This document shows, in pieces, positions 9,308 to 17,741 of a stretch of DNA of 64,000 nt. The translations under genes were made by a program, and so were the position numbers. The notes below the pieces were generated by a model. It was not told where the DNA came from and did not search any database. It worked only from the letters and a program-made list of their open reading frames with translations. The stretch is from sequence record OR455461.1; one strand, written 5' to 3'. The number at the start of each line of letters is the position of its first letter. Position 1 is the first letter of the stretch.

Positions 9308-10600
9308 ATGAAGAAGAAAGTCGGTGAAAAAGAGTTGATAGAAAGTTTAGTAAGTAAGAAATTGTTTAATATAAAACTTATAGCATTATATTCTGATGGA
9401 ACAACAGAAGATATTTCTCAGTATGTTAAACGTTCTAGAATTGAAATGAACTTCCAAGAGTACATTATGCCTTATTATAGATTTATATTAAGACCTCCTA
9501 AAGAGACTATTATAAAAATAAATACAGATAGAGAAAAAGTTGTATTTTCATTTAGTTCTAATATGACAACTAATGATACAGAAGATGTTAAATTAGATGT
9601 TCCTTTTCATGAAGAAATAATTTTAAAACCCTTAATGGATTTAAATAATATTATTGATTATGATGATAGAATTACTAAAGATGATAATGATCGTAAAAAT
9701 CTATTTGATAGATATGAAATGGTTGCAATATCAGAAGAAATATTAAAAACAAATAAACCTATAGTATCTGGTATATACAATAATTGTACTGTAAGTGAAG
9801 TAGTTACTGATTTATTATCTCAATTTAATAATAGGGATATATATTTTCATGAAGTTGATAATAATAGAATATATGAACAGATAATGTTATTACCTGCAAA
9901 TATATATGATAATCTTAAATTCATAGATGACGTTTATGGAATATATGACAGAGAGATAAAATTATTTAATCATCATACAGGTTTAAATATATTACCTATG
10001 TCAGGATTTGATCCTAATACAATTGGTAAAGTTAAAATACAAGTTAGGTTTCCATCAAATCAAACTGATGAAGAAATAATAGAAGGTAGTTACGAACAGA
10101 TAAATCAATTAGATGATACTATAAGAAATAAAAACATAATAACTAAAATTAATAATGTTAGTTTAGTGGATAATACAAGATTATTTAATGAACTAGTTGG
10201 ATCTGAAATAAATCTGTTTGGAATAGATAATGAAAATGAAGGAACAAAATTATCTACATACAGAAGAAAAATAGAAGATCGTAATGGAGAAGTTAATAAA
10301 GTTAAAGTATATGATGATATATTTGATAACGATTACAGTTTAAAGAAAGAATTCAATAATAGTAAAGATATAATATTAAGAATGCAATTAAATGATGTAG
10401 ACCTAACATTAGAAGATACATTTAAACAATTTGACATAGAATTCTTTAATGATTACTATAAACATTATAATGGAATATATGAACTTCTTGGAGTTAATCA
10501 AGAGTTTAAAAATGCTAGTAAAGCATTAGTTTTAAGTAGCTTTATAACTTTAAGAAAAGTATCAGATCATTCTTTTACAAAAAATAATCCCAATACCTAA
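9308..10600 (+). CDS. Putative virion structural protein (baseplate hub-like)
   Basis: 430 aa; late promoter AACA-TCATTT-TA at 9288-9299. Confidence 0.45.
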   Translation: MKKKVGEKELIESLVSKKLFNIKLIALYSDGTTEDISQYVKRSRIEMNFQEYIMPYYRFILRPPKETIIKINTDREKVVFSFSSNMTTNDTEDVKLDVPFHEEIILKPLMDLNNIIDYDDRITKDDNDRKNLFDRYEMVAISEEILKTNKPIVSGIYNNCTVSEVVTDLLSQFNNRDIYFHEVDNNRIYEQIMLLPANIYDNLKFIDDVYGIYDREIKLFNHHTGLNILPMSGFDPNTIGKVKIQVRFPSNQTDEEIIEGSYEQINQLDDTIRNKNIITKINNVSLVDNTRLFNELVGSEINLFGIDNENEGTKLSTYRRKIEDRNGEVNKVKVYDDIFDNDYSLKKEFNNSKDIILRMQLNDVDLTLEDTFKQFDIEFFNDYYKHYNGIYELLGVNQEFKNASKALVLSSFITLRKVSDHSFTKNNPNT

Positions 10601-10623
10601 TTTTAATTAAAGGTATTGGGATT
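10586..10623. terminator. Bidirectional terminator hairpin (dispersed family)
   Basis: AATCCCAATACCT/AGGTATTGGGATT stem between convergent genes. Confidence 0.8.
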
Positions 10624-10627
10624 TAAA

Positions 10628-11449
10628 TTATTGAAATGCTTTATTTCTTTGGGCATTTTCAGTTTCTACTAATTTTACACTTACACCAAAGTTAACAATA
10701 ATGTTACTTAGAATGTAGTCTTGTTTTAAGAATTGTGTTGAAGCTTGACGATTCATACTGAATAATTTATTTGCTCTAGTAACGTAAGTTTTTTGTTCGT
10801 TTATTTTTTCTTTTCGGTCAGTTTTTCCTTTTTCTAATTCTTTGATTTCACCAATAGCAATTTTACTATCTTTTTGGATATCATCTTTTAGTTGTTTACA
10901 TGTTTTAGCAGCACCTTTAGAGAATTTTACAAGTTGTTCACTTTGTTTCAGTAATGTTTCAACATTTTTTAAATTACCTAAAGCGATGTGATCATCTTCT
11001 TCATTCGCACTGTTATTTTTCAATTCATCGTATTCTTTATCAAAATCATCTGAATAGATCTTATTACTTAAATCAGTTAATTTCTTATAATTTTCTGATT
11101 TAGCTAATTTACCAATCGGTATTTCCATTTGTGATTTAGATGCAACAAAATCTGCAATTAATTTTTTGTCTTGTTTAAGTTTAGCTAGAACTGTTGCAGC
11201 TAATTCATGTAATTTAGTTACTTTACCAAAATGTGCTACAAAGAAAGTAGAGAATTTTTTCATAGCTTCTTGGATTGCCTTAACAATCTTAACAAAGAAT
11301 TCTTTTAATTTTTTAACCGTTTTTTTAATGTTAGAATCTTTTTTATCTTTAACAACTTCTTGAACTGCTTCATTCATAGAAATTGATTCTGTAACTATTT
11401 CTATTTCTTCATTTAAAAAACTTTCTTCAATACTGACATTTTTAATCAT
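10628..11449 (-). CDS. Putative internal head protein (paralog family 1)
   Basis: Acidic leader with repeated xNE/xTE motifs, then an amphipathic KEFFVKIVKAI..KKFSTFF helix shared with neighbours. Confidence 0.55.
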   Translation of the reverse strand: MIKNVSIEESFLNEEIEIVTESISMNEAVQEVVKDKKDSNIKKTVKKLKEFFVKIVKAIQEAMKKFSTFFVAHFGKVTKLHELAATVLAKLKQDKKLIADFVASKSQMEIPIGKLAKSENYKKLTDLSNKIYSDDFDKEYDELKNNSANEEDDHIALGNLKNVETLLKQSEQLVKFSKGAAKTCKQLKDDIQKDSKIAIGEIKELEKGKTDRKEKINEQKTYVTRANKLFSMNRQASTQFLKQDYILSNIIVNFGVSVKLVETENAQRNKAFQ

Positions 11450-11467
11450 CTTATATTTCCACCTTTT

Positions 11468-12205
11468 TTATTTTATATATTCTTCAACTTTACTTAATAA
11501 CTCATTATGACTTTTTAATGAATTATTAATGACTTTTCTATATAATATATTTAATTTGTTCAAGTCATTAACAAGTCTTTGATTTTCTTTTATTTTTTCA
11601 GCTTCAATTTCTTTAGTAGCAAATTTAATTGAAGTTTCGGAAGCACCTTTCATAGTGTCTGAAGATATTTTAAAAGATTTAGCAAAATTCTTTGAAGCAT
11701 TAAACTGTTCAAATGATTTTTCAACTACATATTTTAAATCTAATGACATTGTTAAAGGTATTTCTAAATAATGATTATTCTCATTTAGATCCATTTCAAA
11801 TTCTTTGTATTTTAAATCAAAACTACTCTTACCTGCATGTTTTAATACATCTTCATATTTCTTAAGATCTTTAGCTTTCCATATATAAAATATAGATGCT
11901 GAACCAGATAAATTACTCATTGCAACATTTATATTTTCTTTATTCTTTTCTATTTTCTTAAGTATACTTTTTGTTTTTAGTGTAGTTCTATTAAAATGCG
12001 TATTAAAGAATTTCATAAATTTAACTAATGCATTCTTAATAAGTGATAGTATATTTAGAAAGAATTCTTTAACCATTTCAAAGAAATCACCAACAGGGGA
12101 TTCGTTTAAAGAATTTATATTTTCATTAAATAATATTGATTCATTAACTATATTAATTTCTTCTTTAAGAATATCTTCCGTATAATTTTTATTAGATAAT
12201 AAAAT
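11468..12205 (-). CDS. Putative internal head protein (paralog family 1); probable ATT start upstream of the ORF-track start
   Basis: Frame stays open 43 codons upstream of 12076 to an ATT 7 nt after AAGGGG, adding an acidic NE-rich leader like its paralogs. Confidence 0.5.
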   Translation of the reverse strand: MLLSNKNYTEDILKEEINIVNESILFNENINSLNESPVGDFFEMVKEFFLNILSLIKNALVKFMKFFNTHFNRTTLKTKSILKKIEKNKENINVAMSNLSGSASIFYIWKAKDLKKYEDVLKHAGKSSFDLKYKEFEMDLNENNHYLEIPLTMSLDLKYVVEKSFEQFNASKNFAKSFKISSDTMKGASETSIKFATKEIEAEKIKENQRLVNDLNKLNILYRKVINNSLKSHNELLSKVEEYIK

Positions 12206-12233
12206 TTTAATACCCCTTTCTTATAAAAATAAA

Positions 12234-12268
12234 TTGACCTAATACCCAATTTAAAGGTATTAGGTCAA
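12234..12268 (-). terminator. Terminator hairpin (dispersed family variant)
   Basis: TTGACCTAATACC/GGTATTAGGTCAA stem. Confidence 0.7.
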
Positions 12269-12281
12269 TAAAAATTATTTA

Positions 12282-13088
12282 TTATGCAGTTGCTGGTTTA
12301 GTTTCTTTTTTATCACTTTTTTTCCCGGCAGCATTGATAGCTTTAGCAGCCGAGAATGCAGTAGCTAAAGTTTGGTTAGAAAGTTTAATTGATTTAGATA
12401 CAGCTGTACGAGATAATGAGTTAGCTTTACTAGCATTAGATGCTACACGTTTTTTCTCATTAATAGCTTCTTTATCTTCTTTGGCAGCAGCAGCTACACC
12501 ATCTTTAGCAGCTTGTTGAGCTGATTTATTAGTTTGAGAAACTAAGCTAGCTGCAGCCTTAACTTGTTTAACTGAACCGGCAGCAGCTTTAGCAGCCTTA
12601 TCAGCTTCAGAGATTGTTTTAATTGAACCTTTTACAACATTTGCCTCATCATTAAGACCAGATTTAGCATTTTCAAATCCACGATCAAAATGAGGACTAT
12701 CAGCTTTAGCTAATTCTTGTAAGTTTTTCAAAGCACTTGGAGCTAATAAAGAATATTCTCTAGCTTCACTTAATTTAGCACCAGATTTAACTCCACTAAT
12801 ATATTTTTGAACGTTAACTACACGAGATTCTAATTTTTTATACATTTCTACAAAGAAAGTAGTGAATTTTTTAAATGCTTCTGCAACAGCTTTAGCAATT
12901 TTAATAAAGAAATCTTTAGCTTTCTTAGCAAGTTCTCCTGCTTTTGAAGCTCCTTTTTCTTCTTCATCAGCTTCGTTTAAAGCATTAACGCTTTCTAAAA
13001 CAAAAAGTTCTGTTTGAGATGCAGAAAGTTCTTCTTGTAAGAAAGACATTTCAAATGATTGATTTTGCAACATTATATTTTCCTCCAT
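12282..13088 (-). CDS. Putative internal head protein (paralog family 1), Ala/Lys-rich
   Basis: Acidic leader ending ALNEA, then KAKDFFIKIAKAVAEAFKKFTTFF. Confidence 0.55.
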   Translation of the reverse strand: MEENIMLQNQSFEMSFLQEELSASQTELFVLESVNALNEADEEEKGASKAGELAKKAKDFFIKIAKAVAEAFKKFTTFFVEMYKKLESRVVNVQKYISGVKSGAKLSEAREYSLLAPSALKNLQELAKADSPHFDRGFENAKSGLNDEANVVKGSIKTISEADKAAKAAAGSVKQVKAAASLVSQTNKSAQQAAKDGVAAAAKEDKEAINEKKRVASNASKANSLSRTAVSKSIKLSNQTLATAFSAAKAINAAGKKSDKKETKPATA

Positions 13089-13122
13089 TTATTTTTAATT
13101 TATTTTTAATTTATTTTGATAT

Positions 13123-14235
13123 TTAGAATTTAATATCAAAATCATTTTCTAATTCTTTACTGATTTCAGAATCTATTTTTTCAGATTCAGATCTAGCTTG
13201 AACTTCAGCTACACCGTCCTCAATATCTATTTTATCAGCTAATTTACTTAATCTTTCAGCCATTTTTTCCTGTTTCTCACGTGTTGTTTTATCAATATTA
13301 TTATCTTTTTCACCTTCAATAATACTAACAGCGTCACGTAAGTATTCAGCAAAATCTGAACGGAATTTAATAAATTTAATATATGCTTGCTTTGTTGCCC
13401 ACATTACTAACATGGACACAGCTAATGCACCAATACTACCAAAGATAACTAAAGATGCTTTTTGAGATCTATTTAGTGCTGTTCCAGCTTCTTTTGCTTT
13501 ATTTATTGTATCTTTGCTAATATCTGCATCCATAACTTTACCAAAATTTTCTTTATATTTATCTTTATTTTTCATAAATGATTTATACATACTATCGAAG
13601 CTCTCATTAGTATTAACAATAGAGCCATCAATTTTAAAGATATCTCTAAATTTTTTATTTTTTTCTATCATTAATATATTATTTAAAGTCTTTAATTCAA
13701 TTGAATCTTTATTCTTCAATTTATTATTAGTAATTTCTAATATTCCTTTTTCATTTTTCTCAAAACCTAAAAAGAATATTTGAGTCACAACTAATAAAGC
13801 TGAAGCTGCAATTGATGCATATGTTATCTGACCAATTTCATTTCCATTAGTAAAACTTTTTTTGAAATCACTTTTATATTTTTCAAGCAATTTTACAGAA
13901 TTCTCAACTGTATCAAAAGCAGAAACAATGGTAGGATTAAAACCTTTAGATTTTTGAACTTTTATGTAATTAAAAGTTTTTTCAAAATCTTTATATGCTT
14001 TAATTTTCTTAAAATCACCTTTACTAGAAAGAATTGATTTTAAGTTTTTGTTTCCAGATTTTTTCAACATTTTTTCAGACATTTTAGATAAAGAATTAGC
14101 GAATGCTTCCGCTTGTTCTTCAGGTTCTAAACGTTTAAAAGGTCTGAAGGGTAAAGAGAATTCCTGTAAAACTTTTTGAGACATCGCATTTTCATTCAAG
14201 AGATGTTTACGTTCAAGTTCCACAGAGAATTCCAC
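13123..14235 (-). CDS. Putative virion protein
   Basis: 370 aa, GTG start with AAGGAAG SD; late promoter AACA-N6-TA at 14330-14319. Confidence 0.55.
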   Translation of the reverse strand: MEFSVELERKHLLNENAMSQKVLQEFSLPFRPFKRLEPEEQAEAFANSLSKMSEKMLKKSGNKNLKSILSSKGDFKKIKAYKDFEKTFNYIKVQKSKGFNPTIVSAFDTVENSVKLLEKYKSDFKKSFTNGNEIGQITYASIAASALLVVTQIFFLGFEKNEKGILEITNNKLKNKDSIELKTLNNILMIEKNKKFRDIFKIDGSIVNTNESFDSMYKSFMKNKDKYKENFGKVMDADISKDTINKAKEAGTALNRSQKASLVIFGSIGALAVSMLVMWATKQAYIKFIKFRSDFAEYLRDAVSIIEGEKDNNIDKTTREKQEKMAERLSKLADKIDIEDGVAEVQARSESEKIDSEISKELENDFDIKF

Positions 14236-14400
14236 TTCCTTTCTAGTGTTAATTTATAATAAAAATAAAAATATAGAATCACTACACGCTAATATAATTT
14301 TTCTAATTTTATATTTTATAAATAAATGTTTAAAGTAAATAAACCTTAATTTTCTTCGTTTTAAGATTTTGTATATATTTTTTAACTAAAACTTTCTAAT

Positions 14401-15930
14401 TTATCTTTTTAGTAATTTTTCTAATGCTTTTGAATCTAAATCACCTTTTTTACTATCACTACTAACTTTAAGTGCACCAAGTTTATTTTGCTTAATGACT
14501 TCAAATTTACGATGATCTGGAAGGTATTTATAAACTATTTCTCTAGCTTCATCAATTACAATAAATTCTAATAAGAAGAATTCTTTATAGATTTTATCTA
14601 CTGCACGTCTATCTGAAATTAAATCAATACCTGTCTTACGCTTAACTTCTTGAACTTCATCAATACTAATCATTAATGCTGTTGTAGGAATATAGTTACC
14701 TGATCTAGAACGAGTAATACCACTAGCTCTATCAACTGTATAAATAGAATTTAATTTATTCCAAATAGCTCCAGTACGTCCACGTTTAGAATCTCTAGCA
14801 ATTTTCTTAGTTCTTTCAGTATCTAATAATAGATCTTTGAATAATCTTAATTCACCTGTAGTAAATTTAACTAATTTAGTTACAAGATTAGATTTTCTAG
14901 ATTTATCAGATAGATAGAAAATTACATCTTCAGTTTTAACAGGATGAACTACTGTCTTAACACCAAATTTAACTTGTTTAGTTGGATGTTTTACACCTTG
15001 TATTGCTTCACCTTTAGAATCTGTTAATAAGAATGTAACTTCTGTAGTGACCATTGTAGGTAATGAAGAATTTAATTTATCTTTCTGAATAGTTGTAGTA
15101 GATCCAAATTTTTCAGAATACTCTTGTTGCATGTTATTAGTAACACCTTGCAGTTGTTCTAAACGTTCTTTGAATGCTTGAGCTAAAGGAAAACTGCCGT
15201 ATGCAAAAGTAGTCCCATTATCTGCTTTCACTTCACGTGATTCTTTTAATATATCAAATAATGAACGTGTACTATTGTCTCCTGTTTCTTTTAGATTTTT
15301 AAAGACAAATATCTCTTGTTCTCCTTTCTTCGTATCTACATAAATCGTAGCATCATAAGTATTATCATTTCTAGGATCTAAAGATTTCAAAAGTTCTTGT
15401 GTATCAAATTCAATAGATATTAAAGTTCCTTCTTCTTGAGGGTAGTCGTAATTAACAACCTCTTCATTTAATAAATCCATCTCTTCTTTAGTAATTGACA
15501 TATCATTAATAGATGATAAATTAAATTTTTCATCCGGAGTTTCTATTAAATAATCATTGACACGTTTTATATCATTTGTTGTACTTTCGTTAAAGTTTAC
15601 ATTATTATGCAAATTACCCATAAATGAAGTAGAATCTTTAGGATTATATTCTTGTACTGCAGTATTAGTCAGTACAAAATCGAATTCATATGCTCTTTCT
15701 AATTCTAATTGATTTCTCATTAATTCTACTGTATCATTATCAATAGAATCAGAAGTTACAAGTGGAAATTGTAATATGAAATCACCAGCTTTTCCTCTTA
15801 GTGATCTATCAAATGGTCTTTTTCGTTTATTGTTGTTTTTATAGTTACTGCTTACGTTACCAGGAGTTGTATCCTTAAGTAAACCAATAACATCTGAAAG
15901 TATATTTACTTTTTTAGCCAAAACTTTCAC
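14401..15930 (-). CDS. Putative virion structural protein
   Basis: 509 aa, GTG start with AAGGAAGG SD; late promoter at 15971-15960. Confidence 0.55.
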   Translation of the reverse strand: MKVLAKKVNILSDVIGLLKDTTPGNVSSNYKNNNKRKRPFDRSLRGKAGDFILQFPLVTSDSIDNDTVELMRNQLELERAYEFDFVLTNTAVQEYNPKDSTSFMGNLHNNVNFNESTTNDIKRVNDYLIETPDEKFNLSSINDMSITKEEMDLLNEEVVNYDYPQEEGTLISIEFDTQELLKSLDPRNDNTYDATIYVDTKKGEQEIFVFKNLKETGDNSTRSLFDILKESREVKADNGTTFAYGSFPLAQAFKERLEQLQGVTNNMQQEYSEKFGSTTTIQKDKLNSSLPTMVTTEVTFLLTDSKGEAIQGVKHPTKQVKFGVKTVVHPVKTEDVIFYLSDKSRKSNLVTKLVKFTTGELRLFKDLLLDTERTKKIARDSKRGRTGAIWNKLNSIYTVDRASGITRSRSGNYIPTTALMISIDEVQEVKRKTGIDLISDRRAVDKIYKEFFLLEFIVIDEAREIVYKYLPDHRKFEVIKQNKLGALKVSSDSKKGDLDSKALEKLLKR

Positions 15931-16005
15931 TGCCTTCCTTATTTTTATTAAGATTTTTATAAAATTATGTTTGATGATGATTTTTAGTAAAAAAAGTAAA
16001 AAAAA

Positions 16006-16051
16006 AATTAGCTATTAATGACTCCATTTAAGGAATCACTAATAGCTAATT
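16006..16051 (-). terminator. Intrinsic terminator closing the 16.05-16.65 kb transcript
   Basis: AATTAGCTATTA/TAATAGCTAATT stem followed on the minus strand by a long U run. Confidence 0.7.
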
Positions 16052-16650
16052 TAAGATGAGCTGTTTTTAAATACTGTTATATTTAAGAAGGTTATCGCTT
16101 TGGGCTTTCGCCTGCCATACACTAGAAGCGATAAAATACGTATATGACTACTTTCCTGTTTTCCGATACAGTTCCGTTCATTAAGTTTATCTATATTAAT
16201 TAATATATTAAATATCTCTAAATTTCTTAGGAATATATAATAATTCATCTAAAATAAAATTTTCTGTACTCATATTTTTATCTTTATTCTTTATCTCACT
16301 GTGAACACTTTCATTCTTCTTTCTTAATTCCTTAATTTCTTCTAATGTCATTTATTTTTATTCCCCTATACAAGCAACATATCTCTTACGCTATCTTATA
16401 AACATGTGTAGACTATATTAATTTTTCAATTAATATACCTAAATATAACAGTATAACTTTTTGATTATCGAGTATTTCATCGATTTGGAAATCTTTTATT
16501 TAACTCATTTGTCTACAATTGGCGTTTATTTCCTATTCGATAACTGGGAGGTCCCAGACCTTCTTCTCAATACTTTATAGGGTAAAGTAATAAGTCAGGC
16601 ATATTTATAGACTAGTTATAAGAGCGAAGAAAGATGACATTCTCTCTTCC
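16052..16650 (-). ncRNA. Candidate large structured RNA with an internal small ORF
   Basis: No long ORF, locally raised GC, many hairpins including GGC-GAAA-GCC; early-type promoter just upstream and terminator downstream. Confidence 0.5.
16208..16351 (-). CDS. 47-aa small ORF (MTLEEIKELRKKNES...PKKFRDI), missed by the ORF track
   Basis: ATG at 16351 with AGGGGA SD about 10 nt upstream; TAA at 16210-16208. Confidence 0.45.
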   Translation of the reverse strand: MTLEEIKELRKKNESVHSEIKNKDKNMSTENFILDELLYIPKKFRDI

Positions 16651-16728
16651 ATTATTATAATATAAATTTAAAAATTAAATTAAAATAATAAGTGTGCTTT
16701 AACATGTACTTATTAAAATTTTAAGAAA

Positions 16729-17718
16729 ATGAATGGTGGTGAAGAAAGATTGGCTGAAGATGATAAAAGCTTAGAAACTTCTTTTAAGGAAGAAATCAAA
16801 AAAGAAGGTAATGTAAAAGAAATAGAATCCTTTAACCCTTATAGAATGAAGGATAAAAATTCAGAAATATTTAATAAAGGTTTACCTTATATTTTCTTTA
16901 CTGCTCCTCGTTTAAATTTAGTAGATGGTAATATAAATAGAGATAGTTTCTTTTCATATCTTAAAAGTGTTAAACCAAAATTATTAGAAACTTTAAATTT
17001 TAGTAATTTAAATGCTATAAGTTCAGGTAAACCTTTTATTCCAATCCTTTCAAATAGATTTATGGGTATATCTATACCCGATACACAAACTACAATGAAA
17101 GAATTCCATGAAACATTCTACGGATATAAACAACACTTACCGGTAGGAACAGTTAATTCAGTTGCTGGTGGAGAAATTGCTGTTGACTTTGAAGAAAATA
17201 AAAATATAGACATTATACATTTAATAAAAGCTTGGAGTGAATATATTGAAGGAGTTACTAGAGGTTATATGTATCCTTCAGAAGATGCGAAAAGTAAAAG
17301 GTATATAGATTATACTAGCTCTATATATTATTTCTTATTAGATTTTGATGGAGAAACTGTTTTACATTATTCTAAATACACAGGTTGTTTCCCTATTAAT
17401 GTACCATATGATATATTCTCTCAAAATGTTGGTGAAGATGTAGATGTTCCACATGTATCAGTTAACTTTGCTTATTCGTATAAAGAAGATATGAATCCAG
17501 ATACCTTAGTTGATTTTAATACAGTATCAACAATGGGAAGTTCAGTTGCAAATGCTTCAGGTGCTTCTCCTATAAGAGCTAATATAAATGCAGTAACAAT
17601 GGGTGTTAAACTCAAATACGATGAAATGTATCCTATTAATACAGGTAGTCCTTATATTGCAATGGGATCAAGAAGTGAAGATGGATCACAAAATAAATAT
17701 AGATTAAGATTTTTATAA
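16729..17718 (+). CDS. Tail tube / tube-initiator-like protein
   Basis: YYFLLDFDGETVLHYSKYTGCFPINV..VNFAY pattern typical of the tail-tube fold; late promoter at 16701-16712. Confidence 0.55.
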   Translation: MNGGEERLAEDDKSLETSFKEEIKKEGNVKEIESFNPYRMKDKNSEIFNKGLPYIFFTAPRLNLVDGNINRDSFFSYLKSVKPKLLETLNFSNLNAISSGKPFIPILSNRFMGISIPDTQTTMKEFHETFYGYKQHLPVGTVNSVAGGEIAVDFEENKNIDIIHLIKAWSEYIEGVTRGYMYPSEDAKSKRYIDYTSSIYYFLLDFDGETVLHYSKYTGCFPINVPYDIFSQNVGEDVDVPHVSVNFAYSYKEDMNPDTLVDFNTVSTMGSSVANASGASPIRANINAVTMGVKLKYDEMYPINTGSPYIAMGSRSEDGSQNKYRLRFL

Positions 17719-17741
17719 GAAAGTGAGTTGAAATTAATAAA

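Noticed and set aside
16051-16248. 65-aa ORF called by the track on the minus strand
   Set aside because: No SD, and it runs through the GC-rich hairpin domain; the SD-led 47-aa ORF at 16351-16208 is the better candidate.
16052-16650. RNase P-like short motifs (UGAAAGUG..ACAGUGA, AGGAAAGU, GUAGACAAAUG) and possible group II intron domain V
   Set aside because: The motifs are not in the order of RNase P conserved regions I-V, even if circularly permuted, and there is no AGC/CGC catalytic triad hairpin or GUGYG start. Left as an unassigned RNA.
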